Positions 8,097 through 17,598 of a stretch of 24,868 nucleotides of DNA are shown here, in pieces. Where the stretch lies: assembly GCA_038882655.1 (NCBI GenBank), contig JAVZNT010000013.1, positions 1 through 24,868 of the forward strand. The letters run 5' to 3'. The stretch's first letter is position 1. Each line of letters starts with the position of its first letter. The stretch is from Candidatus Bathyarchaeia archaeon. Its GTDB lineage: Archaea > Thermoproteota > Bathyarchaeia > Bathyarchaeales > Bathycorpusculaceae. A program made the translations under genes and the position numbers. The notes below the pieces were generated by a model, which worked only from the letters and a program-made list of their open reading frames with translations, made no database searches and had not been told where the DNA came from.

Positions 8097-8762
8097 TTAA
8101 GGCGGAGGTGGTGGAGGTGGCAACTCCTTCAGAGCGTGATAAAAGTATACTGAAGATGCTAAAAACACGACGTTTAGAAGCCAGCTAATAGCGGTTGCAA
8201 CAAATGGGCCGACAATTGGAATGAGTGATAAAATCACTGAAACGACTATTTGAACAATAATCACGATTACAATGAAGATTAGGGCTTCTTTAACATTTTT
8301 GACAACAAAGTCGAAGGATCTTTTCACGCTTTCTATGGCGTCTAATCCGTCCACTATGACGATTGTGATTAGGAAGAAGGCTATGGGCAATAATATAATG
8401 GTTATGCCGAATATTGCCGCAATAATGGTGGCAAGTATTAATGTGCCAAACCTGCTAATCACCATGTCCAAGCTTTTTGTTAAGTCGGCTTGGCGACCTT
8501 TTAGAATGTCATTTGCCATATCAACAATCATGAAACCCGCTAAGGTTCCCAAGATATAGGCGATAAACAAGCCTCCCAATGATAAGTATACATTTGGCGC
8601 TACGAATTCTTTTGCTCCGATATAGTATGTGGTTCCGAAAATGTAAGCCAACAGGTTAAAGAATACGCCGACGACGATTGGCGCGAGGGCAGGCATGAAA
8701 ATTGTTGGGTTCTTAATGGAAAGGTCCAAGCCCTTAGAGATGGATTCTTCAGATTTTGTCAT
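8097..8762 (-). CDS. Multi-pass membrane protein with C-terminal poly-proline tail
   Basis: About 5-6 hydrophobic segments, a DAIESVKRSFDFV amphipathic motif common in uncharacterised membrane proteins, and a terminal LPPPPPPP. Confidence 0.75.
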   Translation of the reverse strand: MTKSEESISKGLDLSIKNPTIFMPALAPIVVGVFFNLLAYIFGTTYYIGAKEFVAPNVYLSLGGLFIAYILGTLAGFMIVDMANDILKGRQADLTKSLDMVISRFGTLILATIIAAIFGITIILLPIAFFLITIVIVDGLDAIESVKRSFDFVVKNVKEALIFIVIVIIVQIVVSVILSLIPIVGPFVATAISWLLNVVFLASSVYFYHALKELPPPPPPP

Positions 8763-8859
8763 GGTTCATAGGTGGTTGCTGCATTCTTATAAAATTTGCT
8801 AAAGCAATAAAGTTTTAAGGCTAACAATCTGATTTATTTCACCGAGGAGTGGAATTGCC

Positions 8860-9204
8860 TTGACGCAAGAAACCCGAGGAAAAAGTGTGACAAGGGATAA
8901 CCTCATCAAAATGAAGGTTATAGATGCGGATGGATACTATATCGGCACGGTTAAGGACGTGGGCTTTACCGTTGGAAAAAGTGGGATATCCTTAACCATA
9001 GAAGGGAAAGAGGGTGAAATCAAGATCGTTCCATGGGAGGAAATCCAAGCAATCGGAGACTTTGTACTGTTAAGACCCCACAAGGAGACTCAACCCGCAG
9101 TTCAGCAATCAGCAACCGCTGTTTGCCCAACATGCAATAGCCCTCTCACGTATATCCCTCAATATAAAAGATGGTACTGCTACAAGTGTCAAAAATACGC
9201 CTAA
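8860..9204 (+). CDS. PRC-barrel domain protein with C-terminal zinc ribbon
   Basis: LIKMKVIDADGYYIGTVKDV..IVPWEEIQAIGDFVLL (PRC barrel), a Q-rich linker, then CPTC-x13-CYKC. GAGGAG upstream of the TTG start. Confidence 0.85.
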   Translation: MTQETRGKSVTRDNLIKMKVIDADGYYIGTVKDVGFTVGKSGISLTIEGKEGEIKIVPWEEIQAIGDFVLLRPHKETQPAVQQSATAVCPTCNSPLTYIPQYKRWYCYKCQKYA

Positions 9205-9226
9205 ACCCCGCATATTTCATCTACAA

Positions 9227-9838
9227 CTAATCTTTAATTCGAACAACTCTTGTCGGCGTAACTATTAAAGAGACCCTTCTATCCTTTTCTCCGAAGGGCA
9301 CATTTTCAACCACTTGCACGTCGTGGACTGTTGTGGCTACTGGGATTTCTCCAAACATTCTCTCTAGGAGTTCTATTTCCACGTCGCCATACCCGTGTCC
9401 CTTCCCAAGCCTGTGTCCCTTCGTGTCAACAGCCACTGAACCCTCAATTATTAGGTCTGGTTTCGGAAAGTCTCGGATTTGAACTCCAAATTTGAAGGCC
9501 CCCTTTATTGTTGAGGCGAAGTGTTCCTTTCCCCGCACTTTTTCCGGGCTTATCAGTATGAAGCCGCGCGTAAGCCTAGGCGAAGCCATAATGAGAACTT
9601 TTCCATCCTTGAGGGCATTTTCCCTCACCCCGCGCTGGGGCGAGTCTGGATTGACGAAAACAACCTTCGCCCTTTTCCATTCCTCAAGCTGACGCAGTTT
9701 ATCTGCGGCGACTTCAGCTCCAACAAAGTTTGGAATTCTACCCCAACATGGAAGCGGGAAAGTGGCAACTCCAGATTTCTCCATTTCAAGCCAAATTTTC
9801 TCTCGAAGCCGCTGCTTCTCTTCAACAACCCTTGACAT
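9227..9838 (-). CDS. 5-formyltetrahydrofolate cyclo-ligase family protein (archaeal/MTHFSD-type paralogue)
   Basis: KQRLREKIW, GRIPNFVGA, VNPDSPQ, GSVAVD..GHRLGKGHGYGD, TTVHDVQ, IVTPTR. Confidence 0.88.
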   Translation of the reverse strand: MSRVVEEKQRLREKIWLEMEKSGVATFPLPCWGRIPNFVGAEVAADKLRQLEEWKRAKVVFVNPDSPQRGVRENALKDGKVLIMASPRLTRGFILISPEKVRGKEHFASTIKGAFKFGVQIRDFPKPDLIIEGSVAVDTKGHRLGKGHGYGDVEIELLERMFGEIPVATTVHDVQVVENVPFGEKDRRVSLIVTPTRVVRIKD

Positions 9839-9883
9839 TCAAATAAAAATAAGGGAACGAGAATTTAAAAATAAACAGCGCGC

Positions 9884-10093
9884 CATAATTTTGTTTTCTT
9901 ATTGACAGAATGGCTTAATGGCTTAATGATATCAGTTTTGCTGAAGATTATCAGCATTTCCTAGCACAAACTTCTAAGGCTGAAATTGAAAAGTGTATAA
10001 TTGAGCACAAGTTATACCATCCGTAGTGGGTTACTATATTATAGAGAAAAAGGATGGGTTAAAGATTGGATGGGCTTGTCCACCGTATGGCTA
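9884..10093 (+). pseudogene. Decayed fragment resembling a RimJ/RimL-type GNAT N-terminus
   Basis: Removing an 8-bp tandem duplication (AATGGCTT x2, 9909-9924) and allowing one stop and one frameshift gives FLLTEWLNDISFAEDYQHFLAQTSKAEIEKCIIEHKLYHP*WV-YIIEKKDGLKIGWA. This resembles the EWxND..(F/Y)IIEKKDG.KIG pattern I recall for archaeal RimJ/RimL-like proteins. Confidence 0.5.
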
Positions 10094-11209
10094 GAAAGCT
10101 GGTGTGCCATCCTTTAATATGAACCTTCGGTCTATTTGAACTGTTGCGTGAGTTATAGATGCCCACCAATGCCGGTTTTTCGGCGTTATATTTTTCCCAC
10201 CTTTGTCCTTGTTTCCGCCAATTCCTATGGTTATTCCACCAAGCACTTTGTCGTCTTGTGTGAAGCCATGTTTCAGCCCCGGATTAAGGCCTATTCCGAA
10301 GAATCCGAATTTTCAGATGTCGCCTTGTCCAGATTTTATGCAATTTTCGAAAAGGTCTATTCCTTCTTGAGCACAATATTTTATGACGTTTCCTCGTTCG
10401 AACCACAGTTTTAAATCTTTTATCTTCCTTCCGCCAACGGCTGGAATTTCTGCATCGAAGACGACGGTTCCCTCGGCGCTATCTTCATCAGCAGCCACTT
10501 CAACAAAGCCAGATGGCAGAAACTTTACAGCATATTTCGCGGCATCTTCTTTTGTAACTATGCTGTCGCCTATAATTGGTTCTCTTCCAGCTAAATCAAA
10601 TTTGAGTTTTGTGCCAAAAGGCGTCTGAATGTTTACTTCTCGTCCATTTTTAATGATGTCGGCAAGTTTAGCTGCTTTATCGGAAATCTCTTGCTGGTTT
10701 GCTAAACAGCCATTAAACATCACTTTACGCCATTGCTCATAATCTAAGCCAAGTGCCTCCGCACGTTTCGGTGTGACAAGGCAATACTCGATTCCCAGCA
10801 TGCGAACGCGATGCTTCTGGGCGATTTTTCGCCAGCTCTCCAAAAACTTATTTGAATCATAAAACCAGACATTTGCCAGTTCCCGCTTCTCCTGAGGAAT
10901 TGTATTCCACCTGATAGGTTTCCGCGGACCCAACGTGAAAATGAAAACGTCGGTCTTCTCCAAAGCGGCGGATTGATGTGTAGGAAGAATCTCCAAGAGC
11001 TCTTTAGAAGCTTCAATGAGAGAGCGCATCCAGTAATTCTCAGGCATAAGAGTAATAAACGGATGTGCCACACGCTTTAAGCAGGCCAAAGCCAAATCAG
11101 AAGCAAGCTCAACTGTATGATCCCAACTTTGGATCCAAACATTCTCTCCAAAACCTACGTTTAAACATACGTCCAATATTTGGTGTGCAAGTTCCATGTT
11201 GCTCCCCAT
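10091..11209 (-). pseudogene. M29 aminopeptidase-fold protein interrupted by in-frame TGA; metal ligands substituted
   Basis: The 298-aa ORF stops at TGA 10315-10313, but the same frame continues for 73 codons (KFGFFGIGLNPGLKHGFTQDDKVLGGITIGIGGNKDKGGKN..HWWASITHATVQIDRRFILKDGTPAF) to TAG 10093-10091. This is collinear with the C-terminus of the intact M29 at 18933-20030. Confidence 0.85.
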
Positions 11210-11321
11210 CTGATAGAACCCCCTTATGAAATTAAACTATTTTCACATAAAATAAATTTGGGATGAGTAAACTATCCACAGTTGGTAAAAAGCTATATGA
11301 TCTGAAGTTTAATTTTGAATT

Positions 11322-11843
11322 TTGGTGATTGTTTTGAGTGTGATTCGACAAATGAAAGTCGAGGATGTGGTTTCGGCGGTCAGGGTCTCAGTTGACGCTA
11401 TGGATGATTGTTGGAATCGCTATGAGAGAGATTATTATCCGAAGAAAGCCTTGGAATTCGACAAGTCGCTACATACGCTGGAAAATTATGTTAAAAGGAT
11501 GCAGGAGGATGATGAGCTTCTTTTTGTAGCTGAGGAAAACGGTGAAATCATAGGAGTTGCCACAAGCAGGATATTACGAGGGTATGAAAAGGAAGGCGGT
11601 CTCGCCCTACTCGGGTGGATATGCGTCCACCCAACACATCAAGGCAAAGGCATCGGAGAAGCCATACTTAAACACTTTATAGAATATTGCAAGCAGCAAA
11701 AGTGTCACAAAATAACCCTATATACGCTTCCAGTTTTAATCCCAGCCCTAAAACTCTACCTAAAACTTGGATTTGTTCCCGAAGCATACTTACATAAAGA
11801 ATGGTGGGGAGTAGACTTCATAAAAATGAGCAAATGGTTATAG
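11322..11843 (+). CDS. GNAT family N-acetyltransferase
   Basis: LFVAEENGEIIG, acetyl-CoA motif A VHPTHQGKGIG, ALKLYLKLGF. Confidence 0.92.
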   Translation: MVIVLSVIRQMKVEDVVSAVRVSVDAMDDCWNRYERDYYPKKALEFDKSLHTLENYVKRMQEDDELLFVAEENGEIIGVATSRILRGYEKEGGLALLGWICVHPTHQGKGIGEAILKHFIEYCKQQKCHKITLYTLPVLIPALKLYLKLGFVPEAYLHKEWWGVDFIKMSKWL

Positions 11844-11906
11844 CTAAGGTTTAAAACCTTTAAGTTCTTGCTAGAGAAAATAAGGGGTGTTGACGCTTTA
11901 AGGGTT

Positions 11907-13106
11907 TTAGATTATTCCGAGTTTTTTGCCGCCTTCTTTGAAGGCTTCCGCTGCTCTGTCAAGCTGTTCTGTTGTGTGCTTTGTGCATACTTGGACGCGG
12001 ATTCTGGCTTTATCTCTTGCAACCATTGGATAAAAGATTGGCAGCACGAATATGCCCTTCGTCCATAAGTAGTCTGCCAAGTCCCTTGCAGCCTTACTCT
12101 TTCCGCACATGACTGGAATTATTGGAGTTTCAGTATTACCAGTGTCAAACCCGGCGTCTTGTAGTGCATCCAGCAAGTGGTTTCGGTTCTCCCAGACGCG
12201 GCGGACATGCTCTGGTTCTGTTTCGAGGACATCTATTGCGGCTATGCAGGCGGCTGCAACTCCTGGAGGGACAGCGCCGCTGAGCAACCAGCTTCTAGTC
12301 TTGTTGTAAGCGAAGTTGCGGAGTTCTTCGCTTCCAGTAATGTGTCCGCCTATAACGCCGAACGCCTTTGAAAAAGTTCCCATTTCTACATGCACTTCGT
12401 TTCTTCTAAGTCCATAGTGGCTTACTATTCCCCGTCCGCCCTCGCCTAAAACGCCCTCGCCGTGGGCGTCATCCACATAAACGCCAGCGCTGTGCTCCTT
12501 TGCAATTTTGGCTATTTCCCGCAGTGGTGCTGTGTCTCCGTCCATGCTGAAAACTCCGTCTGTTATTATCCATATGTGATTGTAGGGCGGGTCGTGTTTT
12601 TCAGCTTCTTCCATAACGCGGGCTAAGTCTTGGACGTCCTTGTGCTTGTATATGGCTCTGTCCGCTCGGCTTAGCCTACAGCCGTCAATTATTGAGCCGT
12701 GATTAAGCTCATCTGAAACTATCAAGTCGCCCTTGTCCACAAGTTGTGGTATAAGTCCCTCATTAACCATAAAACCCGTTTGGAACGTGAGCGATGCCGG
12801 AGCCCTCTTGAACTTTGCTAGGCGCCTGTCCAACTCCTCATGAAGTATCATGTTTCCTGAAATCGACCTGTCGCTTCCAGCCCCGGCGCCGTATTTGCGG
12901 GTTGCCTCTATCATGGCATTGACAACTTTTGGGTGGGTTGCAAGGTTTAAGTAGTTGTTGGCGCAAAGCATAAGCACCTCTTTCCCGTTAACTATGCATA
13001 TTGGCTCACTGGCAGACTCCAAAACCTTAAGCTCCCAGTTTAGGTTCTCCCGCACCAAACGTTCATATTCCTCAGCCAAATAGCGCGTGGGATGCCTTTC
13101 AATCAT
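11907..13106 (-). CDS. kbl: 2-amino-3-ketobutyrate CoA ligase (glycine C-acetyltransferase), alpha-oxoamine synthase family
   Basis: CANNYLNL, SDELNHGSIIDG, TDGVFSMDGD, VDDAHGEG, PLP lysine in GTFSKAFG, ARIRVQ. Lies directly downstream of a threonine dehydrogenase-like gene, which favours Kbl over BioF. Confidence 0.85.
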   Translation of the reverse strand: MIERHPTRYLAEEYERLVRENLNWELKVLESASEPICIVNGKEVLMLCANNYLNLATHPKVVNAMIEATRKYGAGAGSDRSISGNMILHEELDRRLAKFKRAPASLTFQTGFMVNEGLIPQLVDKGDLIVSDELNHGSIIDGCRLSRADRAIYKHKDVQDLARVMEEAEKHDPPYNHIWIITDGVFSMDGDTAPLREIAKIAKEHSAGVYVDDAHGEGVLGEGGRGIVSHYGLRRNEVHVEMGTFSKAFGVIGGHITGSEELRNFAYNKTRSWLLSGAVPPGVAAACIAAIDVLETEPEHVRRVWENRNHLLDALQDAGFDTGNTETPIIPVMCGKSKAARDLADYLWTKGIFVLPIFYPMVARDKARIRVQVCTKHTTEQLDRAAEAFKEGGKKLGII

Positions 13107-13182
13107 TTCCTTTCACCCTTCGATAAGTTTAATTTTAAGGCGCTTTTAACACTTCCTACAAAATCACGGTGAAAGGAAACGT

Positions 13183-14157
13183 TTAAAGGCGTCCTTCAGC
13201 AAAACGCTTTGAAAGCTTTTCAATCATGTCGCTAGTCATGGAAGCCAAATCATATTTTGGCTTCCATCCCCAATCTTTGCGGGCTGCGGTGTCGTCTATG
13301 GATGTGGGCCAAGAATCGGCAATTTTCTGCCTAAAATCCGGCTTGTACTCGCAGACAAAATCTAGAATGTGCTTCCTAATTTCTGCCACAAGTTCGGCTG
13401 GCGAGAAGCTCATAGCTGCCACATTATAGCTTGTGCGACATCTAACCTTTGAAGCGTCAGCCTCCATTAAGGTTATAGCCGCATTTATACAGTCTGGCAT
13501 ATACATCATAGGCAAAACAGTGTCAGCCCTCAAAAAGCAGGTGTAACGCTTACGCCTAACAGCCTCATAAAAGATTTCCACAGCATAGTCCGTTGTGCCC
13601 CCACCCGGAGGGGTTTCACTACTTATTATGCCTGGATAACGGACGCTTCGAACATCAACATCATAGCGGAGAAAATAGTAGTTGCAAAGTAATTCGCCGG
13701 CAACTTTTGTCACGCCATACATGGTTCGCGGAATCAAAACAGTGTTCTGCGGTGTTTTAACGCGGGGAGTTTCCGGACCGAAAACGGCTATGGAGCTTGG
13801 CCAAAAAACCTTTAGGCTGTATTGCCTTGCTGTTTCCAGCACGTTGTAGAGGCTTCCCATGTTAACGTTCCATGCGTTCTGCGGATTTTCTTCGCCAACA
13901 GCCGAAAGAACGGCAACCAAATGATAGACCGTGTCAACGTCATATTTCTTGACAATTGTTTCAACGTCCTCTTTTTTTGTGGCGTCTAAAAACTCAAAGG
14001 GCCCTGAACTTTGTAGTGTTTCTCTGGGCTTTCTCTTATGTCCAGCGGCAACAACATTTTCTCTGCCATATCTGTTCCGCAGTTCCAGTGTTAACTCGGA
14101 GCCAATTTGACCAGTAGCCCCTGTGACGAGAATTTTTTTTGAGTGTCTTCTATACAT
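13183..14157 (-). CDS. tdh: SDR/GalE-type L-threonine 3-dehydrogenase
   Basis: ILVTGATGQIGSEL, LSAVGE, PSSIAVFG, YGVTK (YxxxK), PGGGTTDYAV, LPMMYMPD, RQKIADSWP: signature motifs of GalE-like ThrDH. Confidence 0.9.
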   Translation of the reverse strand: MYRRHSKKILVTGATGQIGSELTLELRNRYGRENVVAAGHKRKPRETLQSSGPFEFLDATKKEDVETIVKKYDVDTVYHLVAVLSAVGEENPQNAWNVNMGSLYNVLETARQYSLKVFWPSSIAVFGPETPRVKTPQNTVLIPRTMYGVTKVAGELLCNYYFLRYDVDVRSVRYPGIISSETPPGGGTTDYAVEIFYEAVRRKRYTCFLRADTVLPMMYMPDCINAAITLMEADASKVRCRTSYNVAAMSFSPAELVAEIRKHILDFVCEYKPDFRQKIADSWPTSIDDTAARKDWGWKPKYDLASMTSDMIEKLSKRFAEGRL

Positions 14158-14254
14158 TATAAACCACGTGCTTGCAGAAAAAGAGCATTAAAGATTTAGG
14201 ATATATAAGAGCTTCCAATGATAGATACTCATTTAATTGTTGAAATTGGCGCGT

Positions 14255-15184
14255 TTATTCAAGCACTTGGGCCCGTTTAAACGAGTACAATGCAATGGCA
14301 AATAATCCAATAATATAGGCGAAAGCCACAAGCATCGCTCTCAAAAGCACAAACCACAAGGGCTCTGTAAATAGTTCCTCCATAAGCGGGACGCCTCCTC
14401 GAACAAAGCCAAACTTTAGGTAGGCTACCTCAGCCGATGGATAAAGCACATAATTTACTATGTTAGCAGCTATGTTGTCCGTTCCTGTCGATATGCCCCT
14501 CATTACTGTTCCGTTATTTTTAAGATAACCCGCGGCGCCGCTTCCCGGAAGATAGTTAAGAATCCACGCTTGGTCTGTGAAAACCGAAATTATTGAGGAG
14601 CTTATGTTTAAAGCCATGTAGATACCGAAGGTTCCAAGGGCGGCTAGCAACGAGTTTTTTGAGAGAGTCCCAATGAATATGACTATAGCAACCCATACAA
14701 AAGTGCTAACTAAAGTGCCCAGCAGCGAGAGGGACAGCAAATGGAGGTTGTTTTGGGGACCATAAACTATCCATCCACCAACAGCCATGTAAACAAGGAG
14801 ACTTGCATAAGCCGTCAGAAGAGTTATGAATGCTGCCAAAAGCTTGCCAATAAAAATCACAGTTCTCGAAACAGGCTTTGTTAGCAGCGGAACAATTGTG
14901 CCACTTTCAAATTCGCCTGAAATGCTGTTCATAGCTATAGCTACTGCAAAGAGAAACATGCCCATTCCACCTATACCGGCTCCGGTGCTGATTACATAGT
15001 CAGGGTTCTGCGGGAGATATTCGCCGATGACGTTGTAAAGTATTATTGGCAGGACTAGTGATAAAGTAGCAAGGGCAAAGGCAAGAACTATCACGCCGAT
15101 GAACTTCTTTTTCCGAATGTTCCAAAGCAGTTCATATTTCACAATTGCCCAGAAGCGGGATGCCCAGTCACTCCACACGTTCAT
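14255..15184 (-). CDS. ABC-2 type transporter permease
   Basis: About six TM segments, SISGEFESGTIVPLLTKPVSRTVIFIGK motif, TAATG overlap with the ATPase gene. Confidence 0.9.
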   Translation of the reverse strand: MNVWSDWASRFWAIVKYELLWNIRKKKFIGVIVLAFALATLSLVLPIILYNVIGEYLPQNPDYVISTGAGIGGMGMFLFAVAIAMNSISGEFESGTIVPLLTKPVSRTVIFIGKLLAAFITLLTAYASLLVYMAVGGWIVYGPQNNLHLLSLSLLGTLVSTFVWVAIVIFIGTLSKNSLLAALGTFGIYMALNISSSIISVFTDQAWILNYLPGSGAAGYLKNNGTVMRGISTGTDNIAANIVNYVLYPSAEVAYLKFGFVRGGVPLMEELFTEPLWFVLLRAMLVAFAYIIGLFAIALYSFKRAQVLE

Positions 15185-16125
15185 TACTCTTCGCCTCCGG
15201 ATTTTGTTATAAGTTGCATAAAAACCTCTTCAAGGGTCCGCCCCTTAAGGCTCATGGAAACTATTACGCCGCCAACCCTTGTTATTTCTTGAGAAATCTG
15301 CGGTCTAACGTCATCTTGAGTCTTCAACTCTATCACTAGCATTTTGCCTCCCTGTTCAACATTAGATACAAATGGAAGTTTCCTCAATACGTCAGTCACG
15401 GAGTCTAATGGTTTTGCTAGCTCCACCACAAGTGTGGCAGCTCCAGATATCTTGCCGTAAATGTTTTGAAGAGTGTCTGAGGCTAAGGCAACACCCTTAT
15501 GAATTATTGTTATGTGAGTGCAGACCTGCTCCACTTCAAAAAGCAGATGCGAAGAAAGGAAAACAGTTCTGCCCTCCTTAGCTATGTTTTTCACAAGCTC
15601 TCTAACCTCAACCATCCCAACAGGGTCCAAGCCAAGGCTTGGCTCATCCAAAATTACCAGTTCAGGGTCGTTCAGCAAGGCTTGAGCTATGCCCAAACGT
15701 TGCTGCATCCCCTTACTATATTTTCCAATTAGATCTTTTTCTCTACCCTTAAGCCCAACCATTTCCAGAAGCTTTGGTATCTGCTCTTTTCGCTGCTGTT
15801 CAGACATTCCATACATCCGTCCGTAAAGGTCTAGGAGCTCCCAACCTCGCAAGTGCTTTGGAAATTTGGGAAGTTCGGGCATATAACCCACTTTAAGGCG
15901 GGCTTCCGGCACATCTCCACACACTTCGCATCCAAGAACCTTAACAGTACCCTCATCTGGTCTTAAAAGCCCAACTAAAACCTTTATTGTTGTCGTTTTC
16001 CCTGCGCCGTTAGGACCGAGAAAACTGTGAACCGTATTCTTCTCAACTTGAAGGCTTAACTTGTCCACGGCGACCAGTGAACCATATCTTTTTGTTAAGC
16101 CAACCGTTTCTATTGCAAGCTCCAT
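15184..16125 (-). CDS. ABC transporter ATP-binding protein
   Basis: Walker A GPNGAGKT, signature YSKGMQQR, Walker B VILDEP, H-loop SSH, C-terminal TLEEVF. Confidence 0.95.
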   Translation of the reverse strand: MELAIETVGLTKRYGSLVAVDKLSLQVEKNTVHSFLGPNGAGKTTTIKVLVGLLRPDEGTVKVLGCEVCGDVPEARLKVGYMPELPKFPKHLRGWELLDLYGRMYGMSEQQRKEQIPKLLEMVGLKGREKDLIGKYSKGMQQRLGIAQALLNDPELVILDEPSLGLDPVGMVEVRELVKNIAKEGRTVFLSSHLLFEVEQVCTHITIIHKGVALASDTLQNIYGKISGAATLVVELAKPLDSVTDVLRKLPFVSNVEQGGKMLVIELKTQDDVRPQISQEITRVGGVIVSMSLKGRTLEEVFMQLITKSGGEE

Positions 16126-16207
16126 TTTTTCACCACATACAACTGCTTATTGGCGGAATATAAGTTAAGCTTTTGGCAAGTTTAAACATGTTCCCTATCC
16201 GTTTATG

Positions 16208-16663
16208 TTAAGTTGCCCATGCCGGGCTTCTCGCATTTTGAACAGCATCCACGCTTGGAATGTAGGGTTTTATGTCTATTATCGGCGAACCTTCAAAAGC
16301 ATCTAAACCTTTAACCGTCAAAATACAATCTTCTTTTTTAACAAGTTCCACAACACATAAGCCTATAGGATTTGGACGAGACGGGCTTCTGCAAGCGAAG
16401 ACTCCCTTTTCCACATCAACCAAGTGCTTTTTCGGAAAAACCAGCAGCGTTCGCCTATCCGCAGTATTATCACGTAAGTGGAACCAGTATAAAACAATTA
16501 GATGAGAGAACTCCTCAACATCCTTAAGCCCATTGCAAAAGTCTGGGAAAATCTTTATCTGGGCTTCCTCCTCGCCGGCTTTTTCAACAACCCCTATGAA
16601 GTAGACTTCACCCTTGCCTGCACTTTTCATTTTAGGCTCACAACTGTTATGTTGGCTCACCAT
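16208..16663 (-). CDS. tsaA: tRNA (N6-threonylcarbamoyladenosine(37)-N6)-methyltransferase TrmO/TsaA (YaeB family)
   Basis: FSHLIVLYWFH, GVFACRSPSRPNPIGL, GLDAFEGSPIIDIKPY. The ORF is open to 16741; ATG 16663 or 16630 are more plausible starts. Confidence 0.9.
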   Translation of the reverse strand: MVSQHNSCEPKMKSAGKGEVYFIGVVEKAGEEEAQIKIFPDFCNGLKDVEEFSHLIVLYWFHLRDNTADRRTLLVFPKKHLVDVEKGVFACRSPSRPNPIGLCVVELVKKEDCILTVKGLDAFEGSPIIDIKPYIPSVDAVQNARSPAWAT

Positions 16664-16781
16664 CCTTATAATGCTCATGTTAATCACGTTAAATATCAAA
16701 GGTTTTGCAATCAGTATTTTGAATCTGCTTTCTGAATTCATAAGTGTTTTAATGTTTTATAATTAATTATGGGTTTGCAGG

Positions 16782-17009
16782 GTGGAAACCGCATTGAATA
16801 GTCAAATCCTCCAAGCATGCAAGGAATTAATTGACGACGCAAAAATGAGATGCGCCGACCTTGTTTTTAAAGAAATATGCCTAGACATCCTGTCAAGAGC
16901 ACGCAACATTCTAACAGAAAAACAATTTAAAGTTCTGACTGCATATGCTGCTGAAAGGATGAGGGAAAAAGTTCCTTTTGAAATTCAACAGGAATTAGTA
17001 GCCCCATAA
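16782..17009 (+). CDS. Small helical hypothetical protein
   Basis: 75-aa ORF filling the gap between flanking minus-strand genes, with an AT-rich TATA-like region upstream and amphipathic helical periodicity. No recognised family. Confidence 0.6.
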   Translation: METALNSQILQACKELIDDAKMRCADLVFKEICLDILSRARNILTEKQFKVLTAYAAERMREKVPFEIQQELVAP

Positions 17010-17085
17010 TTAAGAGCCTGTCAAACATTGGCAGAAACAGGCGTTAACGTTCAAACCCTTCCAATTCCACCCTGCACAGCTTTCT

Positions 17086-17574
17086 TCAGCCAAGCTTATA
17101 CCCTATTTTCCGCAGAAACTCTTTCCTAGCCTTAATATTGCTTTCTGCCTCTATTCCCTTACTTTTGAAACCATCAATGACGCCTATAATTCCTCTCCCC
17201 TGCTCTGTTTCTGCAACCACAACCTCTATGGGATTAGCGGTAGCAGCATGAACTGTGCAGACTTCGGGCACCTTTCTAATCTCGTCTAAAACGTTTATCG
17301 GATAGGCGTTTTTAATGAAAATTATGAAGCTGTGGCCGCAGGCAAGTTCAAAAGCTTTTCTGGCGGCAAGCTGTCTCAATTCTTCGTCGTTTCCCTCGTG
17401 CCTAACAAGGCATGGTCCGGAGCTTTCGCAGAAGCCTATCCCAAACTTTATGTTCGGAACAGCGTTAACCAAAGCCTCGTACAAGTCTTCAACAGTTTTT
17501 ATGAAGTGGGCTGTGCCTAAAATCACGTTACAGTCTTTTGGCGCTTCGATTTTCACAGTTTCAAATTTAAGCAT
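17086..17574 (-). CDS. Adenosine-specific kinase family protein (DUF355/COG1839)
   Basis: [72 protein letters not shown]. Confidence 0.92.
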   Translation of the reverse strand: MLKFETVKIEAPKDCNVILGTAHFIKTVEDLYEALVNAVPNIKFGIGFCESSGPCLVRHEGNDEELRQLAARKAFELACGHSFIIFIKNAYPINVLDEIRKVPEVCTVHAATANPIEVVVAETEQGRGIIGVIDGFKSKGIEAESNIKARKEFLRKIGYKLG

Positions 17575-17598
17575 GTGAATTCTACCTCCTATTTTAGT

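Noticed and set aside
10313-10315. Selenocysteine or genome-wide UGA recoding
   Set aside because: The position aligns to Arg, not Cys; no SECIS-like hairpin is evident downstream; TGA is an ordinary stop for other genes here (6219, 17086, 22237).
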